Shown: in pieces, positions 26,031-38,900 of the stretch | Numbering within the stretch: position 1 is the stretch's first letter | How the letters are laid out: each line of letters starts with the position of its first letter | NCBI GenBank assembly: GCA_950097015.1 | Contig: CATNEN010000037.1 | Coordinates: forward strand, 2,542,001 to 2,606,000 | Source of the DNA: Macrostomum hystrix | Lineage: Eukaryota; Animalia; Platyhelminthes | Direction: 5' to 3' | DNA length: 64,000 bases | Position numbers and translations under genes: made by a program | Notes under the pieces: generated by a model | Databases searched by the model: none | The model's input: only the letters and a program-made list of their open reading frames with translations | What the model was told of the DNA's origin: nothing

Positions 26031-29000
26031 AGTTTTGTCTGTACTGCCTCGTTGTATCGTTGGCGCTGACTTTGAAAAGAGAGTTCAGCCATTTGTGATC
26101 AAATCAAAGTCAAAGTTGCAGGGCTCCATTTTTAAGCAGACAGAAATATACTCGATTAATTTTATTCTAATAAGATCCTTATATTATGTAATAATGTATA
26201 ATGCGTAATTTTTATTAGAAAAAAACATGCTGCACCGACGGAGCAATTGCATATTTTACGCAGAAACCAGCATAGACCATTTTAAACTAATTAACCCCCA
26301 GGAAACTGAAAAGGATACCCATCATGTGGCTTTTGCCTTTCCGTTCTTCATTTAGGATTTACATATAGTATATAGTAACTTTGGGAGTCCTAAGTTGTGT
26401 GTATGGCTGGAATCCGCAGATGGTTTTTACTATAATTAAAGCAACTCGATCGCGGAAGATGTTCCAGACGCCAATGGAATAAATTAAATGTCCACGACAC
26501 ACGAGGCGTGTATTGCACTGAACATAAATTCCCCAAATACAAATACAACTCACTAGAAAATTGTTTCACTGTTTGCATTAGGCCTAATTCAAGGCCCAAT
26601 GTATTTTGATCGTATGGTAAGCGAAAAGAGTGTAACTTTTCTCTTTTAATTTATTCGCATACACGAGATTGTAAATTGTACTCGTAAATTAAACAAACAA
26701 AAGCTGATTGTTAGGGTTTCTAAATCGTATCTTATGAATGATAATGCGAGAGGTTCAGAGCAAAAAAGGTTAACCTGTCATTTTCATCTCCTCCTTCAAG
26801 GCCCTCAGGCCTCACCCCTCACTCAATAGGACCTTCCAAGTCAGCCTTCTTTACCCCCAAACTTTTAACTAATAAAATACCACCACCCCGCCACCCCAAG
26901 GCTCTCCTTGACGAATTCACCGTTGCGCAATGTACTCACTGGTGGGGGGCTGAATGTTCATATATGACGCTCATCGTGCGGGCACGTTGTTTTCGTCTTC
27001 GCTTTCTCGCGCCTCCAACCCTGGGTGGTCCTTTTCCTTTCGTTTTTAAGTGGAGCTTTTGCCGGACTCTCCTCACACCCTCAACCCTTACCCTCAACCC
27101 TCACCCTCAACCCTTGTTATATATTCCCAAGCTAAACACGCAACCTAAAGTGACTTATTTTTTGTTACTTCCAGTGGATCGTTTTTCGCGTGCCAATTCC
27201 AACTGCAAATAACAGGCTAAGAGAGGCAGTTCCTATCTAAACTGTCCGAAGTTCGGTAAGTTAACCGAACGTGAACAGCAATTGTAAGTGGCAAAAAGTA
27301 TGAGAAAATTATTAAAGTCATTGAAGGGGACCTAAACCCAAAAGAGATTCGAAGTCCATTGCTCGGGACGCCCGTTTGTGCACTGATCGAATAAGTTGTG
27401 GCTTAAAATTGGCTTGCAATGTTTCATTAGCTAAATCCGACACCCTTTACAGATCTGTGTACATTCGAAGCGCCCAGAGCATGCTTCCTTGATCTACTCT
27501 ACTAACTAATCAGAAGGTTGTAGCGAAGTCATATTGCTTGTCGCACTATTGATTTACCCATCCCGATATCCAAATCCTATTGAAAAAAGGATTCTTTGAA
27601 GACAGTTAATGTTTACGTTCTGGCTTAACGCAGCAGTAGCTTTTCGTGCTTGCAGTTGGGCGACCTATTGTAGTTTATATATTAAGATGCCCTGTGTACA
27701 CAAAAAGCCACTGATCCGAGAGCCATTAAGCATCTGATCAATTTATAATAGATAACTTTGATCCACACGTGGGTTAACATGAGATTTGTACTTTTAAAGT
27801 ATAGTCTTGTCATTACTCGTATAGATCACCTTGATAAATCTTTTGATACTTCCCTCATTATACTTCAAATGCTGTATGAATGAAGTTCCTAATGTGCCTA
27901 TGGTGTACTTTAAATTGCAAATCAAATCAAATAGGGCAGTTTTTATTTCGGAGCCGTTTTCTGCTACTGTTACATATTTCCGGAGGCCTCTACTATTTTA
28001 TTGTGATGAGAAAATTACATTTATGGTACGCTATATAATTCAATTCAACCCTTTGCTTTCGAAATACGAGAAGCAAAACAGCAATTTTTCAATCTGTTAA
28101 CTTTTCTATTTAACCCGATTATGCGCTAATATGTTGTACATGCTTGTGTTAATATATACATTAGTAAACGTTGCAATCCTAAAATGCACCAAAGGTTTTT
28201 CACTGGTCAAAAGAAGAAGCACGAAAGAATTAAAGATCAGATTCAAGTTAAAGTTAGTAAGAAATTTAAGTTCGGAAGCTTCCAAACATACATGCACGAA
28301 ACAAAACACGAGTAAAACGCATCTTTTATTTTTTACTTAATTACTTCTATAAACGCTATTAAGGTGCAAAGCAAATTGATTAGAAGATAGATTACAATTG
28401 TAAAACAGCTTTTCATTTCCATCTAACGAATAGTCAACCAGCCAAAAGTAGGATGATGACAATTGAATACGGCCCTGTGCATAAAAAAGCCCTTCAAAAA
28501 CTAAATTGCTGATTGTTTTAATTACGTACATTTGAAACACTGCGTATTTTGAATGATGCATGCAATATGTACGGGCCCGACGTAGTCTAATGACGAAATT
28601 TTCATAGAAACGATTAAAAATAATATGACTCAATATGAGCTTATCTCTTAGATTCTAAAATAAAATTCTCTAAGAATGTACATAACCACATCGTAAGACA
28701 ACCATCTGATTTTGCAGCTTCTTAATCTGAAATGATAACATAGCAAACAATGCAGTAATAAAAATGCTATTGAAAAATATAATATAGCATCATTCACTAT
28801 TTTTGCCCTATTTCAAATATTATTAATTTAAGTATGGGTAAAGTATGTGTCTATGGCCGCCAATGTGTACAAGTAGTTGGGCTCTTAAAAGAAAGCCTTT
28901 GTGTCCCTATCTATAATTTCTATAAATATGAATAAGATAGCTATTTCAAGGGTTGTCTCTAGGGAAACACAGACCAATTTAGAATAAAAATACAATAGAG

Positions 29001-29611
29001 GTCTGTTTTGGTCTGGGTGGGGCCTTGGCTGGAACGGCCACCCCTACCACAGCCAGCCATCCCCTTTTTAACATTTAGGAACAAAATTGCTAAAATATTT
29101 TGCTACAATCACCAATTGTACTTTAATCTTTGAGAGCTCTACTTATATTTAGTTAGCTACACTTTTAAGAATATAATAAGTTTTAGGTTCTAGTTTGATA
29201 GGCACTTGTTATGTATATGACATAAAACTTACCAATTGATATTTAATTTTTTTGTTTTGATATCATATGAGCCACTTATTATTATTAAAGAATGGTAGTA
29301 TATAGCTATATCAGTTAACTAAATTGAATTGTGTTTAAAATTATATTTAAACTTACAGATTTGTACTTGACAACGTATATAACATTCACCGACAGATATT
29401 CCGCTCGATATTCCGATCGATATATTTATATGAAACTAAATGTAGCAAAACAAATGAATCACCGTGAACTACTTGGTTGGTCGCTGGAGAAAAAAATAAA
29501 AAGGGACAAACACTTACATTTGAAAAGAACAAGCAGATGAATGTTCTAATTGCAATTTGAACCTCTTTACGGCATAAATGCATTACAGAACAAAATAAAA
29601 ACATCCAGCTA

Positions 29612-30090
29612 CAGTTCAGGATGATCGATGAACGCCAGGGACGATGCACCAACTGTAGGCTCAGGTCTTCAAATAACTGTCGGGATGATTGATTAACGGT
29701 CGGGACGATGCATTAACAGTCGGGACAGGCCTTTAAATAACTGTCGGGATGATTGATTAACAGTCGGGACGATGCATTAACAGTTGGGACAGGCCTTTAA
29801 ATAACTGTCAGGATGATGCATTAACTGTCTGGTCAGGTGGTGATTTAACTGTCCCAACACTTAATCAATTGTCCCGACAGTTCAATCAGTCCAAGACCCG
29901 ACAGTTAGTACTTCATCCCGACAGTTAAATCAGTCCAAGTCCCGAAAGTTAAACCACCACCTGACCCGACAGTTAGTGCATCATCCCGACAATTAATGCA
30001 TCATCCCGACAGTTAATGCATCATCCCGACAGTTAATGCATCGTCCCGACAGTTAAATCACCACCTGACCCGAAATGCATCATTCATCTG
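29612..30090. mobile_element. Foldback/MITE-like element: inverted arms built of ~20-bp subrepeats, flanked by TA
   Basis: Left arm repeats aactgtcgggatgatgcatt-type units; right arm repeats the reverse complement aatgcatcatcccgacagtt. Ends TA|CAG...CTG|TA (29610-29614, 30088-30092). Confidence 0.6.
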
Positions 30091-30211
30091 TAGCAAGAGT
30101 ATTTTATGAAATAAAATGCATTTCAACTGTTTTGTTCTGGAGAAAAAATCTCATCATACATCATACATACGCAACACCCAGCTGACCTAGCCGAACCAGC
30201 CGGGTGAAACG

Positions 30212-33200
30212 ATGGCCAAGCAAGGTAAGTTGCAAAAACCAATCGACCAAGTACAAAAAAATCAAAGGGGGGACCAAGGGACAAAAAAGGAAGGCGTGAA
30301 GAAAAGGAAAAAGGGGAGAGAAAAAGAGCAAAGGAGAGCAAACTAAGTCATAAATAGAGAAAAAACTAAGTCGCATGGCCGGCTAAGATTTGCAGAGGTT
30401 GAGCATATATGCTTGACATTCTATTTTTTTAATTTGAGGTTATATATTTGTGTTACTGATAATTTTATTGACAACCTGCCAGTAATTTAGGAATAGCTAT
30501 AATAATCCTAAGATACTATAAATAGATGTTCTTATACATGACAACAGTAGAGCCTGACTGGGATGCCAAAAATATAGTTGGGCCGGATCAGGCAGGATCA
30601 GTTTGAAAATATCGGGACTTGGGATTAGTTGCGATTGGGATTAGAAGTAGGCTAGATACAGTGGATAGATGGCAGTTGCCAGATTAGATTAGATTTCTGA
30701 CCAAAGGTTCCAACTTTCATGCATTGCCTAGGGGCAGAGTCTATGGCCCTATGTCATGTCAAACTACTAGTACTAGTTGCTACTAAGTACTAATAGTGAG
30801 CTAATACTATAATTATATTATATAATTATTATAATTTATATTATTATAATTAATAATATAGAAATGTTAAGTGATGTGATTAGTGATTACTATAACAATA
30901 TCATAGACATAATTATTATTTGATATTGAGTCACTAAAATAAATGACTAAAAAATATGGCATAAGTTTGAAACCACTCTTGTAAACATCAATCAATAAAT
31001 TAAGCTCAAGAATTGAACTAAATTCAAACTTTAAAACTTGGTGTAAATCTACTAAGCCTATGTATGCATATAAGTAATCATGCAGAAAAAATAAAATTAC
31101 ACACAAAATTAATGCACAAAAATACTGTAAGGATACCTTAGAAGTTAATGTTTTTTAGATAAAAAAACTGTTTTGGTGAACAAAGATTTTCTGACTCATT
31201 ACTTTTCAATCAGAAAAAGAAAAACAAGTATGAGTAGCTAATAGCGATATAGCTCATTCATTTGTAATATTTTACGTGACTAGTAGTAGTAGTAGATATT
31301 TTGCACAGGTAAAGGTAAGTACACCTATTTGGCCAATATTGTCAAATTAAATAAAAGTTTAAACAAGGAAAAGGCATTAGGATTTAAATAGTGTGAAAAA
31401 TACTTAATTAATGACTTTGACAAGCTTAAACAAGTTCAAAGAATTACAAAAGCATTTCAAAGGTATTATAAATAGCTCAATCAAAAGAAAGTTAGTTGCC
31501 TGATTAGAATCTCAAGCTCAAGGCTCAAATGTGGCTTTCAATAGGATTTCAAGCAAAGTCCCTAACTCCAGGGTCAGAGATGTATGCTTGTTTTTTTCAT
31601 ACATATTAATAAAGATTTTAAAGACATGAAGAAATGAAATGAATAATGCAAAATCACAAGACAAGATCACCAACCAAAGATTTGAAAAAATATTTGTTTA
31701 AATCCCGCTTAACTTTTCCCAACTCCCAGATATTTTTCCCAACTTGGTCGGGATTCTGAAAAAAGTCAGGTCCCAGCCTGTTCGGGATGAGGATTGGGAT
31801 CCTGGTTGGGCTCTAGACAACAAGCTACCTTGTGACTTTGATATTGCTCATCACAATCATTACTATATAACTTTGCTATCAATCTATAATTGGGCCTGTA
31901 GCTAACTAAAAACATTGAATAAGCATTTTATTAGATTATTTAAAAATAACTCTCATGCTAATAGTGCCAAATTTTGTTTGCAGTTTTATCTTCATCAGTT
32001 TTTATATTATTGTTTAAAAAGCTTAGCAAATTGAAAACACAAACTTTAGCTTTTTCTAGAGCCACTTAAAAGGATTGATAGCTACCCATAACAAATTGTT
32101 TGAATGTATTAAACTTTAGTATTGTTTTTGTTTTATTATTATTGTAAGAATTTTAATGTTTCAATCACAAAAAGTATTGCACTATCCAATATAATGTATT
32201 GTTATTTTGATTACTTGTTCACATCCTACTTCAAACATATTATTAGGATTTTACCATAAGCAGAATGAAATAATAAACCAGTTTGTGAGCACTAACCAGA
32301 GTTAGTGAGAGATAGGCTTTGGTAGGGTGGTCAGTGATTGTTGGGTGTGTGTTGCTCACATGTGGTGAGGGTGATGGTTGTGGCTGGTTGGTCTCACTGT
32401 ATTTAGCTGGTCAATTCAACTCCAATCCAGCTTGCTTGCTGGATTTTTTCTACCTTTACTTCTTATTTCATATGATACTTTACCATCTCCACTGCAGTAT
32501 TAGTTTTTTATTTTAAATGCTTACTCAGATAGATATAATTTGATGGAGCTTTGTCTTTGCTTGTACCTCAGCTTCACGTCCCATGTGTCCTGCCTTTGCC
32601 TTCACCTCACTAAATCATTTTAGTGTTAAAATTCTCTTACTGCAGTTGAAAATGAATAGGTTATCACTCTTTATACAGGTTGGTTTTTACAGATTTTTTA
32701 ATTGCTTGGTTTGCAAAATGTCTGAAGTGGTAGCATAAAACAATATGTGCAAACAGAAAGTACAACACTTTTCCACACTGCAATATATTTTATCATATGC
32801 TGTATCTTAACTTATTTATCTATAGCGTATTAATTAATATATGTTAAGGTGTTTAAAATTCAGAAAAGTCTAGTGAGCCAAAAAATAAGACAAAAGCAGC
32901 ATTTTATGGCTCATGAGTAGTTGACAACATTTGTTTGTTACTTTAAATATTAGATAGAGAAATAAGTATCAACAATAGCAGTTAAAAGTGAAGAGTAAAT
33001 TTTACTCACAGTAGATAATTTGCATAAAGTACCTTTTAGCAAGAAAAAGCAATTAAGCTGTTACAATTAATTAAACATGTTATTGTTAAAATTAAAATTA
33101 AACTTTCCATTTTCACTTACATTCACCTTTAAAGATTCTCCATGTAAAATCGACACTCACCTAAGTGATTTTGGTTTAAAGAAAACAAAAGTTCAAATGT

Positions 33201-34966
33201 ATGTTTTTTAAGAAACAACTTTATTTTTTAACTCTTCTAAAATATTATTTTTCCCTTCATGAGACCCTAATCTGAATAGGAAGGCGATGATCTTTAAATC
33301 AATATTTATCTAAGTGGTATAAAAATTCCTTCTAGTCTAGACGAATAATTGATTGGAGCTCAAAGTACTTTAAGAGCCAAGCAATGATTGATTTATTGCA
33401 GCTCAGTTGTCTGCGCCAATGAGCAGCTTTCCATCAGGCGGCTACGAGGCTGCTAGCAGCGGAAAGCGCAAGAAAATTACTCATACAACCATCTTTCTGC
33501 GCGAATACCGCGCTTTGAATCCGCGATTCGGTCGCTGCCCCCTTGGCGACCCGGAACTAGTCGCCGAAGCCATGGAGGCCTTCCGCTGTCTGCCGCCCGA
33601 TGAAGTTGAGAAACTGCGTCAGCAGGCGCGGGAAGAGAACGCTGCAAGTACTGTCAGTTCCGCCGCCACTGCTGCCACTGCTGCTGCTGCTGCAGTGCCA
33701 ACTCGGACTGTTCCTACTAGGCCAACTGTTGAACAGGTGAACAGTCTGATTCCGTCAGCTGACAGCCTGCCAGACTGGCCAATAGTATTTGCTAGGGTTA
33801 GCTGGCATTTAAAATCCACAGCGAGTTACAATGCACCCTTGCTGCCAGCTGAGATTGCTCTGGTTAGATTCAGCCTGCGCGATGGTGTCACAGGCTCCGT
33901 TAATTATTTGCCAGCTATTGGTTACGACGACGTGCCAATGGGCCTGGTGTCCGAGTGCCGGGCCAACAGTCAGGGGACGCATCGCGTGCCTCTGAAGTGC
34001 CTACTGGCCGAATCTGATTGGCCAGCCGCCTGCAACCGGTTAGAGGCGGTGCTGTCAGGCTGCGACGTGTTCGCTCCGCAGGACAGCTTGAAAGATTTCA
34101 TTGACGCTGTTAACTTTGTCTACTCGCGAGCCGGCCGCAAGCCGCCAGCGAATCTGCTGCACCCGCTGCCTGTTGAGGTGCTTCTGCACCTGCTTGTTAG
34201 ACGTTGCGGCAGCAGCAGCAACAATGGCGGCGACTCTCTGGCAGCCACCTTGGGCGAGCGCGTGGTGACTCAGAAGCTTGCCACCTCAGGTTTCGATTAT
34301 GCGACTAATCACTCATGCGAATATCACAACCAGATCGACTGTCCATGGCTTTGCACCCTGCACTTGGCCCACGTGGCTGCCTGGGTGTTCTCCAGGGAGC
34401 TGTGTCCCTCCCTAGGCCTGAAAATCACAGCCAAGCACCTGCCGTCTGATCCTCCGCTAAATGCGGTCGCTGTGCCGTTTTTCTCTGTAGATGGCGCTAG
34501 CGGCGGAGGCGGCGGCGGCTTTTTCCGAGGCGGCCAGGTTGAACAACCGCGGAACGGCTTTGCTATGCCGCAGCCTCCGCCGCAGCAACCTCCGTCGAAG
34601 TTGTCGCTGCCCGTGCGCAACTTCGCCCTCGGTCGCGGCTCCGTTGGAGGATTGATCGCCGGTGGAATGTCCCTGCAGCCGCCCGTGCCTTCACCGTCGC
34701 CCTTTCCATCGCCATCGTCTTCTTTGTCATCGGTATCTTCGGTGAATGTTATCTGGCGACCATCTAGCGACCATCCGACCGGCGCTGGTGACCCTGGAGC
34801 TACTGTCGCTGGCCCATCCGTCGCATCGTCTTTGTCTTCTTTGTCCCTGACCGAGTCGTCGAATTCTCTCGCCCGAGGCAGCTTAGGCAGGAGGCGCGGT
34901 CGAGGTCGCGGCGTTGGCGGCGCCGGTGGAAGACGCGGCAACAGATCTCCAATTATTGTAGATTAA
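30212..34966 (+). CDS. mael: Maelstrom (HMG-like box + MAEL domain), piRNA pathway; ~525 aa with the inferred micro-exon
   Basis: Main exon 33402-34966 carries an HMG-like helical N-terminus, LLPAEIALVRFSLRDG and CEYHNQIDCPWLC (E-C-H-C Zn motif), then a low-complexity Ser/Gly/Arg tail. Inferred first exon 30212-30224 (ATGGCCAAGCAAG|gtaagt) is phase-compatible with acceptor ttgcag|33402; alternative ATG at 33419. Confidence 0.85.
30548..31815. mobile_element. Non-autonomous hAT-like element (~1.27 kb)
   Basis: Imperfect TIRs tagagcctgactgggat / tagagcccaaccaggat (13/17, all mismatches are transitions), 8-bp TSD gacaacag / gacaacaa (7/8), gggat/atccc subterminal motifs, AT-rich non-coding interior. 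Confidence 0.65.
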
Positions 34967-35654
34967 CAATTAGCTGGTTGAATAAAGTTGTCGGACTGTG
35001 TTTTGATGGGGCAGTTTTCTATTGCAGTTGCTTAATTCCCCGTAATAAAGTGGAATTCTCATACCTTCCCCAAAATCAGTGTGTGCTCAGTTTTGCTTCG
35101 AGTTCCTTCTGGATTTTTATAGTTTTGAAGCAATCCGCTTTGCTTATATGCCTAACACTGGTGGCCGGGTTACATCACTACATAGCTCACCTGCTACTTT
35201 ATAATGCACTTAGCAGTACTACTAACAGAACAATCTTCTGTCTATCATTGATAGTATTTTTACAATGCGAAGTGTTACAATTCAGGCATTTATTATCACT
35301 TAAAACATATGCTATTTGTTACCCCGCTGTTGCACTTCTTAAGAAAGCAGCTCTATTCTGAGGTTTATGATAGAAATTACGAAACAGATGTCGAAATCTG
35401 ATCGAGAACCTTAAATTTTTAATACTTGTTTTCAATATTTAAAAAAATTATAATTAAATTAATACTTTAAATTTTTTAAAATATTTTTTGTATTTAGGCT
35501 AAATGGGCTAAAACTCACTCTCTGACATTCTGTCAAGCATTCTCTTCGAGTTGCCACGCGTAAAGTTTTAATCTGTAAAATAAAATTTTTGTTCAGCGCT
35601 TCCAGGTTTTGTTGTCTTTGCTCTACTTCTTTCCGTGCTGTGTTTGATTTTAGG

Positions 35655-35767
35655 GAGATTTTAGCTCGGTGGTTAGAGCTTCAGACTTTTATTTTGTTAT
35701 TCGCGAGTAACTGCAAATATCATGCAGATCACTGCAAAGGTCGCGAGTTCGAATCTCAGCTCAGTTC
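35655..35767 (+). pseudogene. tRNA-Lys(TTT)-like relic with a ~36-nt insertion just 3' of the anticodon
   Basis: tagctcggtggttagagcttcagacttttat matches the eukaryotic tRNA-Lys(TTT) D-arm/anticodon sequence as recalled at 26/31; T-arm gcgagttcgaatctcagc; acceptor stem poorly paired. Confidence 0.6.
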
Positions 35768-35842
35768 GCCCGGTTATGCAGTTCGGTTAGAGTTTCAGAA
35801 TTTTATCCCAGAGGTCGCGAGTTCGAATTTCAACCAGTGGCG
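35768..35842 (+). pseudogene. Second, more degenerate tRNA-Lys(TTT)-like relic
   Basis: gcccggttatgcagttcggttagagtttcagaattttatcccagaggtcgcgagttcgaatttcaaccagtggcg; collinear with tRNA-Lys(TTT), B-box-like gagttcgaat, stems broken. Confidence 0.5.
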
Positions 35843-35993
35843 CACCAGACATGCAAACGGCTGAGCCACTGGCTTAATATGTTGCCCAACTTTGCTGGGT
35901 GTTGCATCTGTCAGATCTATGTGAAGAATAGCGAAAATAGCCACAAATGCCACAAATGCGATCTTCTTGAATGCCGAATTGCAGTTTAACGAT

Positions 35994-38900
35994 ATGTCTC
36001 GTGTAGACAGTGCAGCAGCGCCCGATGGCATCGATGACAGCCTCTACAGCAGGCAGCGCTACGTTATGGGCGACGCCGCCATGCAGCGAATGGCCTCCGC
36101 TAGAGTTTTAGTCTGCGGCCTTGACGGCCTCGGCATTGAGCTAGCTAAGAACCTGACCCTAACTGGTGTCCGCCTTCTGGCTATTCAAGACAGCCGCCCC
36201 TGCGCCCCTGAAGATCTCGGCGAACAGTTCTTTGTCACAGTCGACGATGTGGCTAGTGGGGCTTCTCGTGATATAGCCAGCTCAGGGCGCTTAGCCGAAC
36301 TAAATCCATACGTCAGAGTTGAGCGTCACCATGGCAACGTGGAGCAGGCCGACGAGTGCCTAGACTACATCTCCGAATTCGACTGCGTAGCTCTTGTTGG
36401 AGCTTCGGCCGAGGCACAGCGTCGGGTTTCGGCCGCCTGTCGGGCCAGCCGGATTCCTCTGGTCTGCGCTGCCGTTCACGGCTTGTTTGGCTGCCTGTTT
36501 AACGACTTTGGCGACCTATTTCAGGTGAGCTAGAGTCAGCCAAGGTCATGACGGTCAGTCAATAACATTAGACAGTCAGCCCAAACATAAGACATTTAAC
36601 AAATAATATTAGACAGTTATCCCCTGACATGAGACAGTCAGCCAATAATATTAGACAGTTATCCCCTGACACGAGACAGTCAGCCAATAATATTAGACAG
36701 TTATCCCCTGACATGAGACAGTCAGCCAATAATATTAGATAGTTATCCCATGACATGAGACAGTCAGCCAATAATATTAGACAGTTATCCCCTGACACGA
36801 GACAGTCAGCCAATAATATTAGACAGTTATCCCCTGACACGAGACAGTCAGCCAATAATATTAGACAGTTATCCCCTGACATGTTCGAGTCTAGACAAAC
36901 AATGAGATCTAAGTAGGTCCGCCCCAACCATTCAGGTGAACGAGCCGGCTGCCGAGGAACCTCGCGAGGAATTCATCGCCTCCATCGATGCAGCCGACTG
37001 CTGCGTGCGCACCCTGGACAGCCGGACGCACCGACTCTGTCCGGGTGATCTGGTGGCCTTTCGCGAGATCCGAGGCGCCGTAAGGCTCAACCAAGGCCAC
37101 TGGCGAGTGACCGCCACCCCGACGCCCGACGCCTTTCGCATCGAGGCGTCGTCAGCCGATTTGACTGGCTACGAGTGCGGCGGCACTTTTGTATTGCGAG
37201 TGCAGCCGATTCAGCTGCAGTTCCGCCGACTGGAGCACTTCCTGGACGGCGGACCGACCGCTGAGGGTGCGTGATCGATGAACTGATCAAGAGTATTCTA
37301 TTGATATTTGATCCCCTGCGATCTTGAAAACAGTTTTGAGAAAGTCATAAGCTTTAAGAAATCTGACTAAATCCTTGGGTATCCTTACCCCGGGTAAACT
37401 TTTTCTGTTTTAGAGAACCGTCTCAGACTCCATAGACTCGTCCCAGATGACTGAGAATCGTCCCAGACTCCATTGAAACTTCACAGATGACTGAGAATCG
37501 TCTCAGACTCCATTGACACTTCACAGATTACTGAGAATGGTCTCAGACCCCATAGACTAGTCCCAGATTACTGAGAATCGTCTCGGATTCCAGGGAATAT
37601 TCCTAAATTATTGAGTAACGTCTTCACATTCTTTATAGAATCGTCTCAAACTCTATTGAATCGTCTCAAACTCTATTGAATCGTCTCAAACTCTATTAAA
37701 TCGTCTCAAACTCTATTGAATCGTCTCAAACTCTATTGAATCTTCTCAAACTCTAGAGAATCGTCTCAGACTCTATTGAATCGTCTCAAACTCTATTGAA
37801 TCGTCTCAAACTCTATTGAATCTTCTCAAACTCTAGAGAATCGTCTCAGACTCGAGAATCGGCTTAAGCTTTAGGAAAATCGTCTCAAACTCTTACGAGT
37901 ATGCCATCCCGAATTCTTTATAATCTTTCTTATTTATAGATAATTGTAAAGAATGGCCGAAATTCCGATTCAAATTCAGACTTGGGGATCACGGCATGTG
38001 TTTAGGGATTACAATTTGTGATCCCTGTTTTTGATTAGGGATAGTTTGTGCTAAAGACATGCTCTTTTTAAAATTTAGGTATAATCTTATTCAATTTAAT
38101 TTTTCAAAGTTCTAAAAATTCTTCACATTCCTTTCTCCGAAACCTAATCTTATCCCGAAAATTTTTTCCCGTGTTTGCTTTATGCAATTTTAATGGCAGC
38201 TTGTCTGGTGTTTTCAATTTGCAATGCTGCCAGGTCTATCAGACGCCCTGATAATGCCTGACCTGGGCAAGGACCGGGCCCCGCTTCGGCTGCACTGCCT
38301 CCACCTGGCTCTGCTTCGCCTCGGCCAATCAGCCACAGCCGAGGCTCTGGCCTCCGAAGCTCTGGCCTGTCTTCGGCAGGCGGCCGCCCTAACTCCAGAC
38401 GATGCGGAGTTTGTTCGCCAACTGGCCCGCGCCGCCGCCATCGGCGGTCGCCTCCAACCAATGTGTGCCCTGTTCGGCGGCCTGGCAGCCCAGGAAGTGC
38501 TGAAAGCTCTAACCGCCAAGTTCACGCCGTTTCGACAGTGGTTATATCTAGACGCTGTTGAACTATTCGGCGACGACGCAGCGTTGCCGACTCCGCCGAC
38601 GCCTGTTGAGCCGCGCTATCAACGCCTGGCCGCCTGCATGGGCGCCAGCTCCGTGGAGCGCGCCCGCCGACTCCGCCTGTTCCTAGTTGGCTGCGGAGCC
38701 ATCGGCTGCGAATTGTTAAAGAATTTCGCATTGTGCGGCTTTTGCACCGCCGGCGACGGTCGTTTGACGACCACCGACGATGACGTCATAGAAAAGTCGA
38801 ATCTCAATCGGCAGTTCCTGTTTAGACCAGGTCATATTCGTCAGCCCAAATCTTTAGTCGCTGCCGATGTTGCCAAACGAATAAATCCGCAACTGATTAT

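Noticed and set aside
27078-27113. accctca/accctta run resembling telomeric repeat
   Set aside because: Only about 5 degenerate units and not the CCCTAA consensus
33391-33400. atttattgca resembling the 3' end of a flatworm spliced leader as recalled
   Set aside because: Only 10 nt, fully explained as the acceptor tract; no SL RNA stem-loops or Sm site nearby
34324-34941. 205-aa antisense ORF in mael, and similar antisense ORFs within IF, cadherin, UBA6, SMU1 and EGCase exons
   Set aside because: Shadow ORFs of GC-rich coding exons with no recognisable motifs
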